Part shown: positions 39,165 through 48,413 of the stretch, in pieces
Numbering within the stretch: position 1 is the stretch's first letter
How the letters are laid out: every line of letters starts with the position of its first letter
Source of the DNA: Candidatus Omnitrophota bacterium
GTDB lineage: Bacteria > Omnitrophota > Gorgyraeia > Gorgyraeales > Gorgyraeaceae
Direction: 5' to 3'
DNA: 64,000 nt
NCBI GenBank assembly: GCA_043814965.1
Contig: JBDRJN010000006.1
Coordinates: 71,838 to 135,837, forward strand
Program-made: the position numbers and the translations under genes
Notes under the pieces: generated by a model
Databases searched by the model: none
Told to the model about the DNA's origin: nothing
Seen by the model: the letters and a program-made list of their open reading frames with translations, nothing else

Positions 39165-39693
39165 TGCACTTATTTATTCTTTTATATTTATAATATGCGC
39201 TATGTACGGGTGTGGATATACTACTGCCACAGTCCCAAGGGGCGGTATCAAGACTATCCATATAGATATTTTTAAAAACAGTATTGATATAACAAAAGAG
39301 GTCAGCTCAAAGGATAAGTATGAAGTATATAGGCCAGATCTAGAAGTCGATATAAGGGATGCTATAGTGGAAAGAATATTTTTAGACGGCCATTTGAGAG
39401 TCTCCAGAGGTGAAGCCACTGATGCGGTATTGGAAGGGGAAGTAGTAGAATACCGTAAAGACCCTTTGAGATATCAGGATGAGAATGTGACAGAATACAG
39501 GATCAGCTTGGTATGTAATTTTGCATTGAGGAGATCTGGTGATCCCGAGGTATTGTTAGAAGAGACTAATCTTACAGGAGATAGCACGTATTTTACCACA
39601 GGTACTTTGAGTAAGACTGAAGATGAAGCCTTGAAAGACGCTACCAAAGACCTAGCCAGGCGTATTGTCAACAGGATAGTGGAAAACTGGTAA
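39130..39693 (+). CDS. lptE: LptE-like LPS-assembly lipoprotein
   Basis: Small lipoprotein-like protein (signal plus Cys: ...IICAMYGCGY) sitting between leuS and holA. The leuS-lptE-holA order is conserved in proteobacteria, so the assignment rests mainly on synteny and size. Confidence 0.4.
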   Translation: MQEKGSVRSINNALIYSFIFIICAMYGCGYTTATVPRGGIKTIHIDIFKNSIDITKEVSSKDKYEVYRPDLEVDIRDAIVERIFLDGHLRVSRGEATDAVLEGEVVEYRKDPLRYQDENVTEYRISLVCNFALRRSGDPEVLLEETNLTGDSTYFTTGTLSKTEDEALKDATKDLARRIVNRIVENW

Positions 39694-39705
39694 AAAAGTT
39701 TTATT

Positions 39706-40668
39706 ATGCCCACCAAACAACTTTCCTCGTATCTATTTTTAGGAGAAGAAGATTTTTTAAAAGAAGAGGCCATCAATAATCTTGCCTCGAAGTTTCTTGA
39801 TAAAGGCACAAAAGACCTTAACTGCATGGTATTCCGCGCTAAAGAAAAAGGTTTTGACGCAAAGGAGATGTTCAACTTTTTAAATACCCAGCCATTCTTA
39901 TCAAAGAACAGGTTAGCTGTATTGAAAGACGCGGATTATCTCGATGCACCCACGAAGGAAGAGGTAATTTCTTATTTAAAGAGCCCCAGAGAGAGTTCTG
40001 TATTTGTCATAGAAAGCATATCGGTTTCTATCAAGGGCCCTTTTCTCCTGGAGTTATCCAAGCTGACCAATCTTTTCTATTATAGGAGGCTGAATGATGC
40101 AGAACTTGAGGCCTGGGTCGCAAAAAAGGCGCGTTTTTACAATAAAAAAATAGGCCCTGGAGCTGTCTCTATAATAAAGGATAGCCTTCCGAATGATATG
40201 AGAATACTTTCTTCAAATGTTGATAAACTTGTCTTATATGCGGGAACCAGGCAGTCGATCACAAGAGAAGATGTCATAAAAGTGATAGGCAGAAGCCCCA
40301 GCAGCACTGTTTTTGACCTGATAGACGCAGTAAGAAAAAAAGAGGCTGATAAGGCATTGGATATATTTTCTTCATTTAAGAAAGATAAAAAGAAGGAGAT
40401 AGAGTTTATAGGGCTTTTGGCATGGAATATCAGGATGTTCCTGAGGATACAGGAACTTTTTAAATTAAGGACAAAAAGCGAGATATGTAAAGACCTTGAC
40501 CTAAACCCAAGGGCCTTTGATGTTATGACATCCCAGGCTTCTAGATTTAAAAGTTCCGAACTTTTAAATCTGTTAAAAGAAGTCTTAGCCGCGGATCTTA
40601 AAATAAAGACAGGAAACCGCTCTACATCTTCTATCGAAGAGTTATTGGTAAAGGCCTGTTCTTCTTAG
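39706..40668 (+). CDS. holA: DNA polymerase III delta subunit
   Basis: HolA-like N-terminal region (YLFLGEEDFLKEEAINNLASKFL), length of about 320 aa, and a position downstream of leuS/lptE. Confidence 0.65.
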   Translation: MPTKQLSSYLFLGEEDFLKEEAINNLASKFLDKGTKDLNCMVFRAKEKGFDAKEMFNFLNTQPFLSKNRLAVLKDADYLDAPTKEEVISYLKSPRESSVFVIESISVSIKGPFLLELSKLTNLFYYRRLNDAELEAWVAKKARFYNKKIGPGAVSIIKDSLPNDMRILSSNVDKLVLYAGTRQSITREDVIKVIGRSPSSTVFDLIDAVRKKEADKALDIFSSFKKDKKKEIEFIGLLAWNIRMFLRIQELFKLRTKSEICKDLDLNPRAFDVMTSQASRFKSSELLNLLKEVLAADLKIKTGNRSTSSIEELLVKACSS

Positions 40669-40937
40669 TTCTTTGCCTTAAATGATGAAAGTTTTTTCAT
40701 CAGGCGGGATTTTTTGCGAGAGGCAGTATTTTTGTGTATTACACCCTTGGAACTTGCTTTATCTAGCTCTGATATAAGTAAGTTAAGTTGTTTTTTTGCT
40801 CCATCCAGGCTCTTTGATGAAAGTAGATCAATGAATTTTTTTGTCTCTGTCTTTAAACGTGAGTCTACGGACTGATTTCTTAAGGTCCTTCTTTTTGTTA
40901 CTTTCATGCTTTTTAAAGCTGACTTTAATATAGGCAT
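40665..40937 (-). CDS. rpsT: 30S ribosomal protein S20
   Basis: MPILKSALKSMKVTKRRTLRNQSVDSRLKT...VIHKNTASRKKSRL is the S20 signature. Confidence 0.85.
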   Translation of the reverse strand: MPILKSALKSMKVTKRRTLRNQSVDSRLKTETKKFIDLLSSKSLDGAKKQLNLLISELDKASSKGVIHKNTASRKKSRLMKKLSSFKAKN

Positions 40938-40982
40938 ATATTACTCCTTTTAGTAGTTGTAAGATAACATAGTACATAGATT

Positions 40983-42512
40983 ATGTCAAGAGGTAAAAAT
41001 AAACACATATTGAAATCCGCGAGTATAATAGGCTTTGCCACTATTGTAAGCAGGCTTTTGGGTTTTTTAAGGGATATATTGATAGCAAGTTTTTTTGGTA
41101 CTGCCAGTTATGCCCAGGCCTTTGTCGTAGCTTTCCGTATACCTAATATGCTCAGGGACCTTGTGGGCGAAGGGGCTACCAACGCTGCCTTCGTGCCAGT
41201 ACTAAGTGAATATTCTGAGACAAAGGACAGATCCGACTATTGGAAGCTTGCGAATGTACTTTTATGCGTGCTTTTGATAGCACTTTCCTTGATAACTGTT
41301 CTTGGTATGATTTTTTCTCCTGTCATAGTACGCTTGATAGCCCCTGGATTTTTAAGAGAACCCGAGACCTTTAAGATAACAGTATATCTGACAAGGCTTA
41401 TGTTCCCATATGTGCTTTTAGTGGGCCTACTGGCTTATAGTATGGGTGTCCTGAACTCTTTGAGGCATTTTTCAGCCCCTGCTTTTGCTTCTAGCGTATT
41501 AAACCTTTCTATTATAGTATGCGCTTTGTTAAAAAAGGGTAATGTAGCCGCGCTTGCGATAGGAGTTTTGATAGGAGGCATAATCCAGCTGGCAATGCAA
41601 TTGCCTGTATTGTTTTCAAAAGGCTTTTCCTTCGATCCTAGGGCAGGATTGCATCACCCTGCAGTTAAAAAGATAGGCAGGTTATTGCTTCCCAGGATAT
41701 TGGGCTCGTGCGTATATCAGATAAATATTTTTATAAATACTATGCTCGCGAGCTTATCTCATATAGTAGGCCAGGGAGGCGTCGCAGCTTTATACTATGC
41801 AAACAGGATCTTTCAATTTCCGCTGGCTATATTCGGTATCGCGATAGCCCAGGCAGCCTTGCCTACTATGTCCAGAGAAGCGCTGGAAGGTGACCTAAGT
41901 AAATTAAAAGAGACCCTTTCTTTTTCATTGAGATCTATCAATCTTATCATGATACCGTCTTCAGTAGGGCTTATGATCTTATCAAGGCCTATAACAAGGA
42001 TATTGTTTGAAAGAGGCATGTTCGATAGTTACTCAACTTCTATTACTGCGAGCGCATTGATGTTTTATTCTATAGGGCTTTTTAGTTATTCAGGCATCAA
42101 GATATTGGTATCTTGTTTTTATTCTTTAAAAGATACAGCTACTCCTGTAAAGATAGCAAGCATATCCCTATTGATCAATATACTGCTGAATTTTATCTTT
42201 ATGTTTTCGATGAAGATAAGCGGATTGGCATTTGCCACGTCCTGCTCGGGGATATTCAATTTCTTCGCGCTTTTTTATTTATTGAGAAAAAAGATCGGCA
42301 ATCTTGATGGGTATAAAATCTTGGTCTCTTTTATCAAGATATCCATGGCTAGTATCGTAATGGCATTTTTTATTTACCTATTTTACTATAAAATAAACCT
42401 TGATCTCTTCATCGTGATCTTCGTAGGTATGGCCTCTTATTTAGCCAGTATATTTTTATTTGACCTAAGAGAGGCAAAAGATTTTACAAAATGGCTCTTA
42501 AAGAAAAAATAG
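40983..42512 (+). CDS. murJ: Lipid II flippase MurJ (MviN)
   Basis: ILKSASIIGFATIVSRLLGFLRDILIASFFGTASYAQAFVVAFRIPNMLRDLVGEGATNAAFVPV is the MurJ N-terminal signature; 14 TM segments. Confidence 0.85.
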   Translation: MSRGKNKHILKSASIIGFATIVSRLLGFLRDILIASFFGTASYAQAFVVAFRIPNMLRDLVGEGATNAAFVPVLSEYSETKDRSDYWKLANVLLCVLLIALSLITVLGMIFSPVIVRLIAPGFLREPETFKITVYLTRLMFPYVLLVGLLAYSMGVLNSLRHFSAPAFASSVLNLSIIVCALLKKGNVAALAIGVLIGGIIQLAMQLPVLFSKGFSFDPRAGLHHPAVKKIGRLLLPRILGSCVYQINIFINTMLASLSHIVGQGGVAALYYANRIFQFPLAIFGIAIAQAALPTMSREALEGDLSKLKETLSFSLRSINLIMIPSSVGLMILSRPITRILFERGMFDSYSTSITASALMFYSIGLFSYSGIKILVSCFYSLKDTATPVKIASISLLINILLNFIFMFSMKISGLAFATSCSGIFNFFALFYLLRKKIGNLDGYKILVSFIKISMASIVMAFFIYLFYYKINLDLFIVIFVGMASYLASIFLFDLREAKDFTKWLLKKK

Positions 42513-43735
42513 CTTCTGTCCCGAGGTCCCCTGGCGTGTATCTGATGAAAGATGCCAAAGGGGATATCCTTTATATAGGCAAGGCAAAGGACCTATCAAA
42601 AAGAGTAGGAAGTTATTTCCAGGGATCAAGGCCGAAGAATATAAGGTTGATGACATTACTGGAAAAGATATGCGACCTGGATTATATAGTCACTACTTCC
42701 GAAGAAGAAGCGCTCCTTTATGAAGCAAACCTTATAAAAGAGAACAAGCCAAAATACAACATAGAGCTTAAAGATGATAAAAGCTTCCCTTTCTTAAAGT
42801 TGACCATCAATGAGAGATTCCCTAGATTGAGCATTACTAGAAAAAAGATCGATGATGGAGCTAAATATTTTGGGCCTTATACCAGAGTAAAGCTTCTAAG
42901 GAACGCATTGTCTATATTGAAAAGTATATTTCCACTAAGGACCTGTAAAAAGATGCCAAAACGCGTATGCCTATCCTATCATATAGGCCAGTGCCTTGGC
43001 CCTTGCGTGGACAAGATAAATAAGGATGGCTATAGGGAGATAGTTGGCCAGCTTATACTCTTTTTGGAGGGGAAGAAACCAAGGCTTATGAGAGAGTTGA
43101 CAGAAAAAATGAATAGACTTTCCAGGGAGAAGAGATTCGAGGAGGCTACTGTGATCCGAAACAGGATCTCTGCTCTTTCAGAAGTGCCTGGAAAGAGGCT
43201 CAGGGAAAAAAGCAGTTGGGGCGATGTATCTATTAAGCTAAAGAAACTTATCAAGCTTCCCAGGCTTCCTATAAAGATCGAGGCTTTTGACGTATCCAAC
43301 ATACAGGGAAAAGATCCTACAGGCTCTATGGTGTATTTTTATAATGGCAGGCCGGATAAATCTAATTACAGGAGATTCAGGATAAAGGGTGTGACCTGTG
43401 TCGATGACTATAGTATGATAAGAGAGATCGTGAGGCGTAGATATACCAGGCTGAAAGATGAAAAACGGGATCTGCCTGACCTTGTGATCATAGATGGCGG
43501 AAAAGGACACTTAAAAGCTGGCTATGAAGAACTCTTAAGGCTTAATCTTACCCGTATACCTATCATAGCTATCGCAAAGAAAGAAGAGAAGATCTATACC
43601 CTGAACTCAAAGATACCTCTCGATATCAACAGGGATTCTCAGGTCCTTTATTTTATACAGGAGATCAGGGACGAGGCACACAGGTTCGCGATAAAGTATC
43701 ACCATTCTCTCAGGAAGAAGAGCTCAGGTATATAA
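42491..43735 (+). CDS. uvrC: Excinuclease ABC subunit C, a short form lacking the C-terminal (HhH)2 domain
   Basis: GIY-YIG (PGVYLMKDAKGDILYIGKAKDLSKRVGSYF...YIVTTSEEEALLYEANLIKENKPKYN), a UVR domain (RFEEATVIRNRISAL) and an RNase-H-like/EndoV domain. It is about 414 aa against the usual 600. Confidence 0.75.
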   Translation: MALKEKIASVPRSPGVYLMKDAKGDILYIGKAKDLSKRVGSYFQGSRPKNIRLMTLLEKICDLDYIVTTSEEEALLYEANLIKENKPKYNIELKDDKSFPFLKLTINERFPRLSITRKKIDDGAKYFGPYTRVKLLRNALSILKSIFPLRTCKKMPKRVCLSYHIGQCLGPCVDKINKDGYREIVGQLILFLEGKKPRLMRELTEKMNRLSREKRFEEATVIRNRISALSEVPGKRLREKSSWGDVSIKLKKLIKLPRLPIKIEAFDVSNIQGKDPTGSMVYFYNGRPDKSNYRRFRIKGVTCVDDYSMIREIVRRRYTRLKDEKRDLPDLVIIDGGKGHLKAGYEELLRLNLTRIPIIAIAKKEEKIYTLNSKIPLDINRDSQVLYFIQEIRDEAHRFAIKYHHSLRKKSSGI

Positions 43736-43983
43736 TACTTACTAGCTTTGACAAGCCTAAAAAAAGTGTCGTCGGTTTTAAGCAGGCCCCGTACCAAATT
43801 TATTATACCTATGCAACTGGTATAAATTTTGATGTGGGGCAGGCGCGGCGTCTTTTCGCTAGCGAAAAGAAGAGCGGGAACCAGCACCGAGTGAAGAAGA
43901 GCTTCGATGGGACAATCAAGCGTCTTTTCGTAGGCTTACCAAAGCTGGTTATAAAATGCATTATTTAATTTCAGAATAAACTT

Positions 43984-44307
43984 ATGAAAGCATTGACTTT
44001 GTTCGAGAAAAAGGTATATACTGTTGTAAAAACAATACCCCGAGGCGAGGTTAGGAGCTATAGATGGGTAGCTGAGATGATCGGTAACCCGAATGCTGTG
44101 AGAGCTGTTGGGAGCGCGCTTAATAAGAACCCGTTTCCATTGATAGTACCTTGTCATAGAGTGATGCATTCGGATGGCTGCTTAGGAGGATATGTGTTTG
44201 GAAAGAGTCTAAAGAAAAGGCTCCTTGAGATAGAAAAAGTTTGCGTAAAAGGCGGTGGCAGAGGTCATGCTGGAAGAAATAAAATTAAAACTAGAGGCCC
44301 TAGGTAA
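43984..44307 (+). CDS. Methylated-DNA-[protein]-cysteine S-methyltransferase (MGMT/Ogt) DNA-binding-domain protein
   Basis: The MGMT active-site motif IVPCHRV, preceded by a wHTH (YRWVAEMIGNPNAVRAVGSALNKNP). The 3' end overlaps the prfB start. Confidence 0.65.
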   Translation: MKALTLFEKKVYTVVKTIPRGEVRSYRWVAEMIGNPNAVRAVGSALNKNPFPLIVPCHRVMHSDGCLGGYVFGKSLKKRLLEIEKVCVKGGGRGHAGRNKIKTRGPR

Positions 44308-45373
44308 AAAACTTCAGGAGCTAAGGGCCTATCTAGCTATAGATAAGAACGAAGAGGAGCAAAGAGGCCTCGAAGAAAAGATGTCTGAAACCGGGTTTTG
44401 GGACAACCAGGAAAAGGCACAGATAGTCATAAAGAAATTAAAACACACAAAGGCTGTTACTACGCCATATTTTGAATGTATAAAGGAATTTGACGATATA
44501 AATGAACTGCTTATTATTATCGACGGGGATGATGAGCTTTCAGCAAAAGAATTAAAAGCGTCACTGCTCAAGCTGGAAAAAGACGTTGATTCTCTGGAGT
44601 TTAAAAGCCTTATGAATGGAAAGCTGGATAGGAATGATGCGATAATCAGTTTACATGCTGGAGCGGGCGGGACCGAGTCTTGTGATTGGACAAGTATGCT
44701 TTTAAGGATGTATTCGATGTGGGCGGAAAAGAATGGGTATAAGACGGAAATAATAGATGCATTGGCTGGGGAAGAGGCTGGAGTGAAAAGTGTTGTAATG
44801 ATAGTGGAAGGGCCTTATGCGTATGGATATCTTAGATCGGAAAGGGGAGTCCATAGATTGGTAAGGATATCTCCTTTTGATTCAAATAAGAGAAGGCATA
44901 CTTCTTTTGCATCTCTGGATGTGATAGCAGAGGTCGAGGATGATATAGATATTGATATAAAAGAGACAGAGCTTCGTATCGATACGTATCGATCAAGCGG
45001 AGCTGGCGGCCAGCATGTCAATGTCACGGATTCAGCTGTCAGGATAACGCATTTACCTACAGGTATAGTCGTGCAGTGTCAAAATGAAAGAAGCCAGCAT
45101 AAAAATAAGGCTACGGCATTAAAAGTACTAAAGGCCAAATTATACGAAGCAAGATTAGAAGAAAAGAAGAAAGAGATGGAAAAAGAATATTCGGAGAAAA
45201 AAAAGATAGAATGGGGCAGTCAGATAAGGTCGTATGTCATGCACCCTTATTCTATGGTAAAGGACCATAGGACCGGATATGAGACCTCAAATGTCGGGCT
45301 GATCATGGATGGCGGCATAGATAAGTTCATAGAAGAATTTTTAAAATGGAATGCGAAAAATAGTAATCAGTAG
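44267..45373 (+). CDS. prfB: Peptide chain release factor 2, with no programmed frameshift site
   Basis: SPF motif region, the GGQ motif (SSGAGGQHVNVTDSAVRITHLPTGIV) and the RF2-specific N-terminus. The reading frame is continuous through the position where the E. coli +1 frameshift (CUU UGA C) occurs. ATG at 44267; the track ORF starts at GTG 44255. Confidence 0.85.
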   Translation: MLEEIKLKLEALGKKLQELRAYLAIDKNEEEQRGLEEKMSETGFWDNQEKAQIVIKKLKHTKAVTTPYFECIKEFDDINELLIIIDGDDELSAKELKASLLKLEKDVDSLEFKSLMNGKLDRNDAIISLHAGAGGTESCDWTSMLLRMYSMWAEKNGYKTEIIDALAGEEAGVKSVVMIVEGPYAYGYLRSERGVHRLVRISPFDSNKRRHTSFASLDVIAEVEDDIDIDIKETELRIDTYRSSGAGGQHVNVTDSAVRITHLPTGIVVQCQNERSQHKNKATALKVLKAKLYEARLEEKKKEMEKEYSEKKKIEWGSQIRSYVMHPYSMVKDHRTGYETSNVGLIMDGGIDKFIEEFLKWNAKNSNQ

Positions 45374-45434
45374 ACAGTAATCAGGAATGAAAAAAATCCT
45401 GGCTACCGATCATGGGTTACTGATACCTAGAATT

Positions 45435-48236
45435 ATGTCTAATTGGATATTAAATAAGATCATCGGAACACAGAACCAGAGAGAACTCAAGAAGCTGCAG
45501 ACTGTAGTGGATAGGATAAGCTCTTTGGAACTCAAGATCAGTAAATTGACTGACCATGAACTTCGTCAGAAGACAGATGTTTTCAGAAAACGCCTGTCGG
45601 ACGGAGAGGTCTTGGATGATATATTGCCAGAGGCATTCAGCGTTGTAAGAGAGGTAAGTAAACGTACTGTAAAGATGAGGCATTTCGATGTTCAGCTTAT
45701 AGGCGGTATAATTTTGCATAAAGGCAAGATCGCTGAGATGGTGACAGGCGAAGGAAAGACGCTTGTCGCTACGTTACCAGCTTATCTGAATGCATTGAGT
45801 GGAAAGGGGGTCCATATAGTGACTGTCAATGACTATCTGGCAAGGCGCGACAGGGACTGGATGGGGCCTATCTATGAATCCCTGGGACTTACAGTCGGCG
45901 TTATACAGCACGACATGACTCCTGAAGCCAGGAGAAATTCGTACGGAAGCGATATCACTTATGGGACTAATAATGAGTTTGGATTTGACTACCTGAGAGA
46001 CAATATGGTGGTAAATGTAAATCATATGGTCCAGAGGGCCTTGAACTATGCTATAGTTGACGAAGTCGATAGTATACTCATAGACGAAGCGCGTACGCCT
46101 CTCATCATATCAGGCCCTTCCGAAGAATCCACGGATAAATATTATGTATGCAATAAGATCCCTCCCAGGCTTCAGGGCAGGGTCATCTTGGAAAAAGATG
46201 AGATCGATGCGAAGTTCAAGGGTATTGATTTATCTATTGGCTATGATTATATAATCGATGAAAAAGCGCATACCGCGCATCTTACAGAACAGGGTGAACT
46301 AAAAGCAGCTGAGATCCTGGGGATAGACAACCTCCATGATATAACTACCATGGAATACCGCCATCATGTCATCCAGGCGCTCAAGGCGCATAATCTTTTT
46401 GAAAAAGATGTCGATTATGTTGTGAAAGACGGTGAAGTATTGATCGTGGATGAATTTACAGGTAGGCTTATGCCAGGCAGAAGATGGTCGGACGGCCTTC
46501 ACCAGGCTGTAGAGGCAAAAGAGAACCTGAAGATAGAAAGAGAGAATCAGACGCTTGCCACTATTACTTTTCAGAATTATTTTAGGATGTATAAAAAAAT
46601 AAGCGGTATGACCGGCACTGCCATGACTGAGGCCCAGGAGTTTAGCCACATCTATAAGCTGGACGTCGTATCTATACCGACAAATAAACCATTGATAAGG
46701 GCAAATTATCCGGACATCATATATAAGACAGAGAAGGAAAAATTCAATGCAGTATGCAATGAAATAGAGGACTGTTATAAAAAAGGCAGGCCGATCTTAG
46801 TAGGTACCATCTCTATTGAAAAATCCGAGCACTTAGGCGGTTTATTGAGAAAAAGAGGTGTTCCTCATAATGTACTGAATGCCAAATACCATGAGATGGA
46901 AGCGACTATCGTAGCTCAGGCTGGAAGGAAAGGCGCGGTTACAATAGCTACGAACATGGCTGGTAGAGGTACAGATATAGTCTTGGGAGGGAATCCTGAG
47001 CTTATGGTCAATGATTGGCTGAAGGCGAAAGGGCTGGGCCCAAAGAATGTAACTAAAGAAGAAGTAGAAGGCCTTACCAGAGAAGCGAACGAGTTGGTGG
47101 ATAGGGAGCACAAAGAGGTTGTAGAGGTTGAGGGCCTGCATGTGATTGGTACAGAACGTCATGAGTCAAGGCGAATAGATAATCAGCTGAGAGGCCGTTC
47201 CGGCAGGCAGGGAGATCCAGGTTCGTCCAGGTTTTATATATCACTTGAGGACGACCTTATGAGGCTTTTTGGCTCAGGCAGGATAGTCTCTATATATGAT
47301 AAATTAGGAATAGAGGAAGGACAAGATATACAACATCCTCTGGTGACGAGGGCGATAGAGATCGCGCAGAAAAGAGTAGAACAGCACAATTTTGATATCC
47401 GTAAACATGTCCTTGAGTACGATAATGTGATGAACAAGCAGAGAGAGGTCATATACGAAGAGAGAAAAAAGATATTATTGGATGATGATATAAAGTCCCA
47501 TATCTATGAGATCATAGACGAGCTCATAGAGAATGCAATGGCCCTGTATTTAAATAAGGAATCGCATAAGGCTGACTGGAAATACCAGGAGTTCAATGAA
47601 TGGTTTTGGTCAAAATTCAATATTCGGCTGAACGGCTTCGAAGACACAGTAGAAGGGAAGAACGAAGAAGAGATATTGAGCTTTCTTTCAGATATGGTAA
47701 GGAATAGTTATGAAGAAAAAGAAAAGAAGATGCTGCCGGAATTTTTAAGGCATATAGAGAAGATGATAATGCTGCAAGTCATCGATTCAAAATGGAAGGA
47801 TCATTTACACGCGATGGATAATCTAAGAGAAGGGATAGGGCTTAGGGCATATGGACAGCGCGATCCATTGGTCGAGTATCAGCATGAAGGCTACAATATG
47901 TTCCGTTCGATGATAGATTCAATAAAGGACGAGACAATAGAATTTTTATTTAAGGTCCAGATAGCACAAGAAACCTCACAGGTAAAAAGTGTGTTTCAAT
48001 CTCTTCCAAAACAATTTCTGCATACAGAGGCTACCCCTATGTCAAAGATGCCTAGCCCTCAAGATGAAGGCTTTGGATCAGAAGAAGATATAGTTCCAGA
48101 GCAGGGCCAGGTAAAAAGTACACATAGCCTGCATAAGAGAGAAGAACCTAAGGTAGGCAGGAATGACCCTTGCCCATGCGGAGCAGTTGATAAAGACGGC
48201 AGGCCTATTAAGTATAAAAAATGCTGCGGGAAATAA
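45435..48236 (+). CDS. secA: Preprotein translocase ATPase SecA with a C-terminal zinc-binding motif
   Basis: DEAD-like motor domains (MRHFDVQLIGG...GEGKTLVATLPAYLNAL), the preprotein cross-linking domain (PPXD) and a C-terminal VGRNDPCPCG...KYKKCCGK. The start at 45435 aligns with canonical SecA N-termini; the track ORF starts at 45387. Confidence 0.9.
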   Translation: MSNWILNKIIGTQNQRELKKLQTVVDRISSLELKISKLTDHELRQKTDVFRKRLSDGEVLDDILPEAFSVVREVSKRTVKMRHFDVQLIGGIILHKGKIAEMVTGEGKTLVATLPAYLNALSGKGVHIVTVNDYLARRDRDWMGPIYESLGLTVGVIQHDMTPEARRNSYGSDITYGTNNEFGFDYLRDNMVVNVNHMVQRALNYAIVDEVDSILIDEARTPLIISGPSEESTDKYYVCNKIPPRLQGRVILEKDEIDAKFKGIDLSIGYDYIIDEKAHTAHLTEQGELKAAEILGIDNLHDITTMEYRHHVIQALKAHNLFEKDVDYVVKDGEVLIVDEFTGRLMPGRRWSDGLHQAVEAKENLKIERENQTLATITFQNYFRMYKKISGMTGTAMTEAQEFSHIYKLDVVSIPTNKPLIRANYPDIIYKTEKEKFNAVCNEIEDCYKKGRPILVGTISIEKSEHLGGLLRKRGVPHNVLNAKYHEMEATIVAQAGRKGAVTIATNMAGRGTDIVLGGNPELMVNDWLKAKGLGPKNVTKEEVEGLTREANELVDREHKEVVEVEGLHVIGTERHESRRIDNQLRGRSGRQGDPGSSRFYISLEDDLMRLFGSGRIVSIYDKLGIEEGQDIQHPLVTRAIEIAQKRVEQHNFDIRKHVLEYDNVMNKQREVIYEERKKILLDDDIKSHIYEIIDELIENAMALYLNKESHKADWKYQEFNEWFWSKFNIRLNGFEDTVEGKNEEEILSFLSDMVRNSYEEKEKKMLPEFLRHIEKMIMLQVIDSKWKDHLHAMDNLREGIGLRAYGQRDPLVEYQHEGYNMFRSMIDSIKDETIEFLFKVQIAQETSQVKSVFQSLPKQFLHTEATPMSKMPSPQDEGFGSEEDIVPEQGQVKSTHSLHKREEPKVGRNDPCPCGAVDKDGRPIKYKKCCGK

Positions 48237-48248
48237 AGTCGCATTTTA

Positions 48249-48410
48249 AAGTAGTGGTGAGGCTCTGAAAAAAGCCTTTTTTGTTTTGCGTAATAGAATC
48301 TTAACACATTACAATTTAGTTAGCCTGTCAAAACAAAACGGAGCGAAGCCCACCTCTACAAATAACCAACTCTAGGCTGAGCGTCTTTTTGAAGAGCCTC
48401 ACCACTACTT
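48249..48410. repeat. 162-bp element bounded by perfect 18-bp inverted repeats (AAGTAGTGGTGAGGCTCT / AGAGCCTCACCACTACTT), with a nested 10-bp inverted repeat (TTTTGTTTTG / CAAAACAAAA); MITE-like or a large regulatory hairpin immediately upstream of the lnt start
   Basis: Read directly from the sequence: outer arms 48249-48266 and 48393-48410, inner arms 48279-48288 and 48329-48338. Confidence 0.5.
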
Positions 48411-48413
48411 AGT

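Noticed and set aside
44267-44400. Programmed +1 frameshift site in prfB
   Set aside because: The frame is continuous, and there is no CTT TGA C motif or in-frame UGA near codon 25, so there is no frameshift in this gene.
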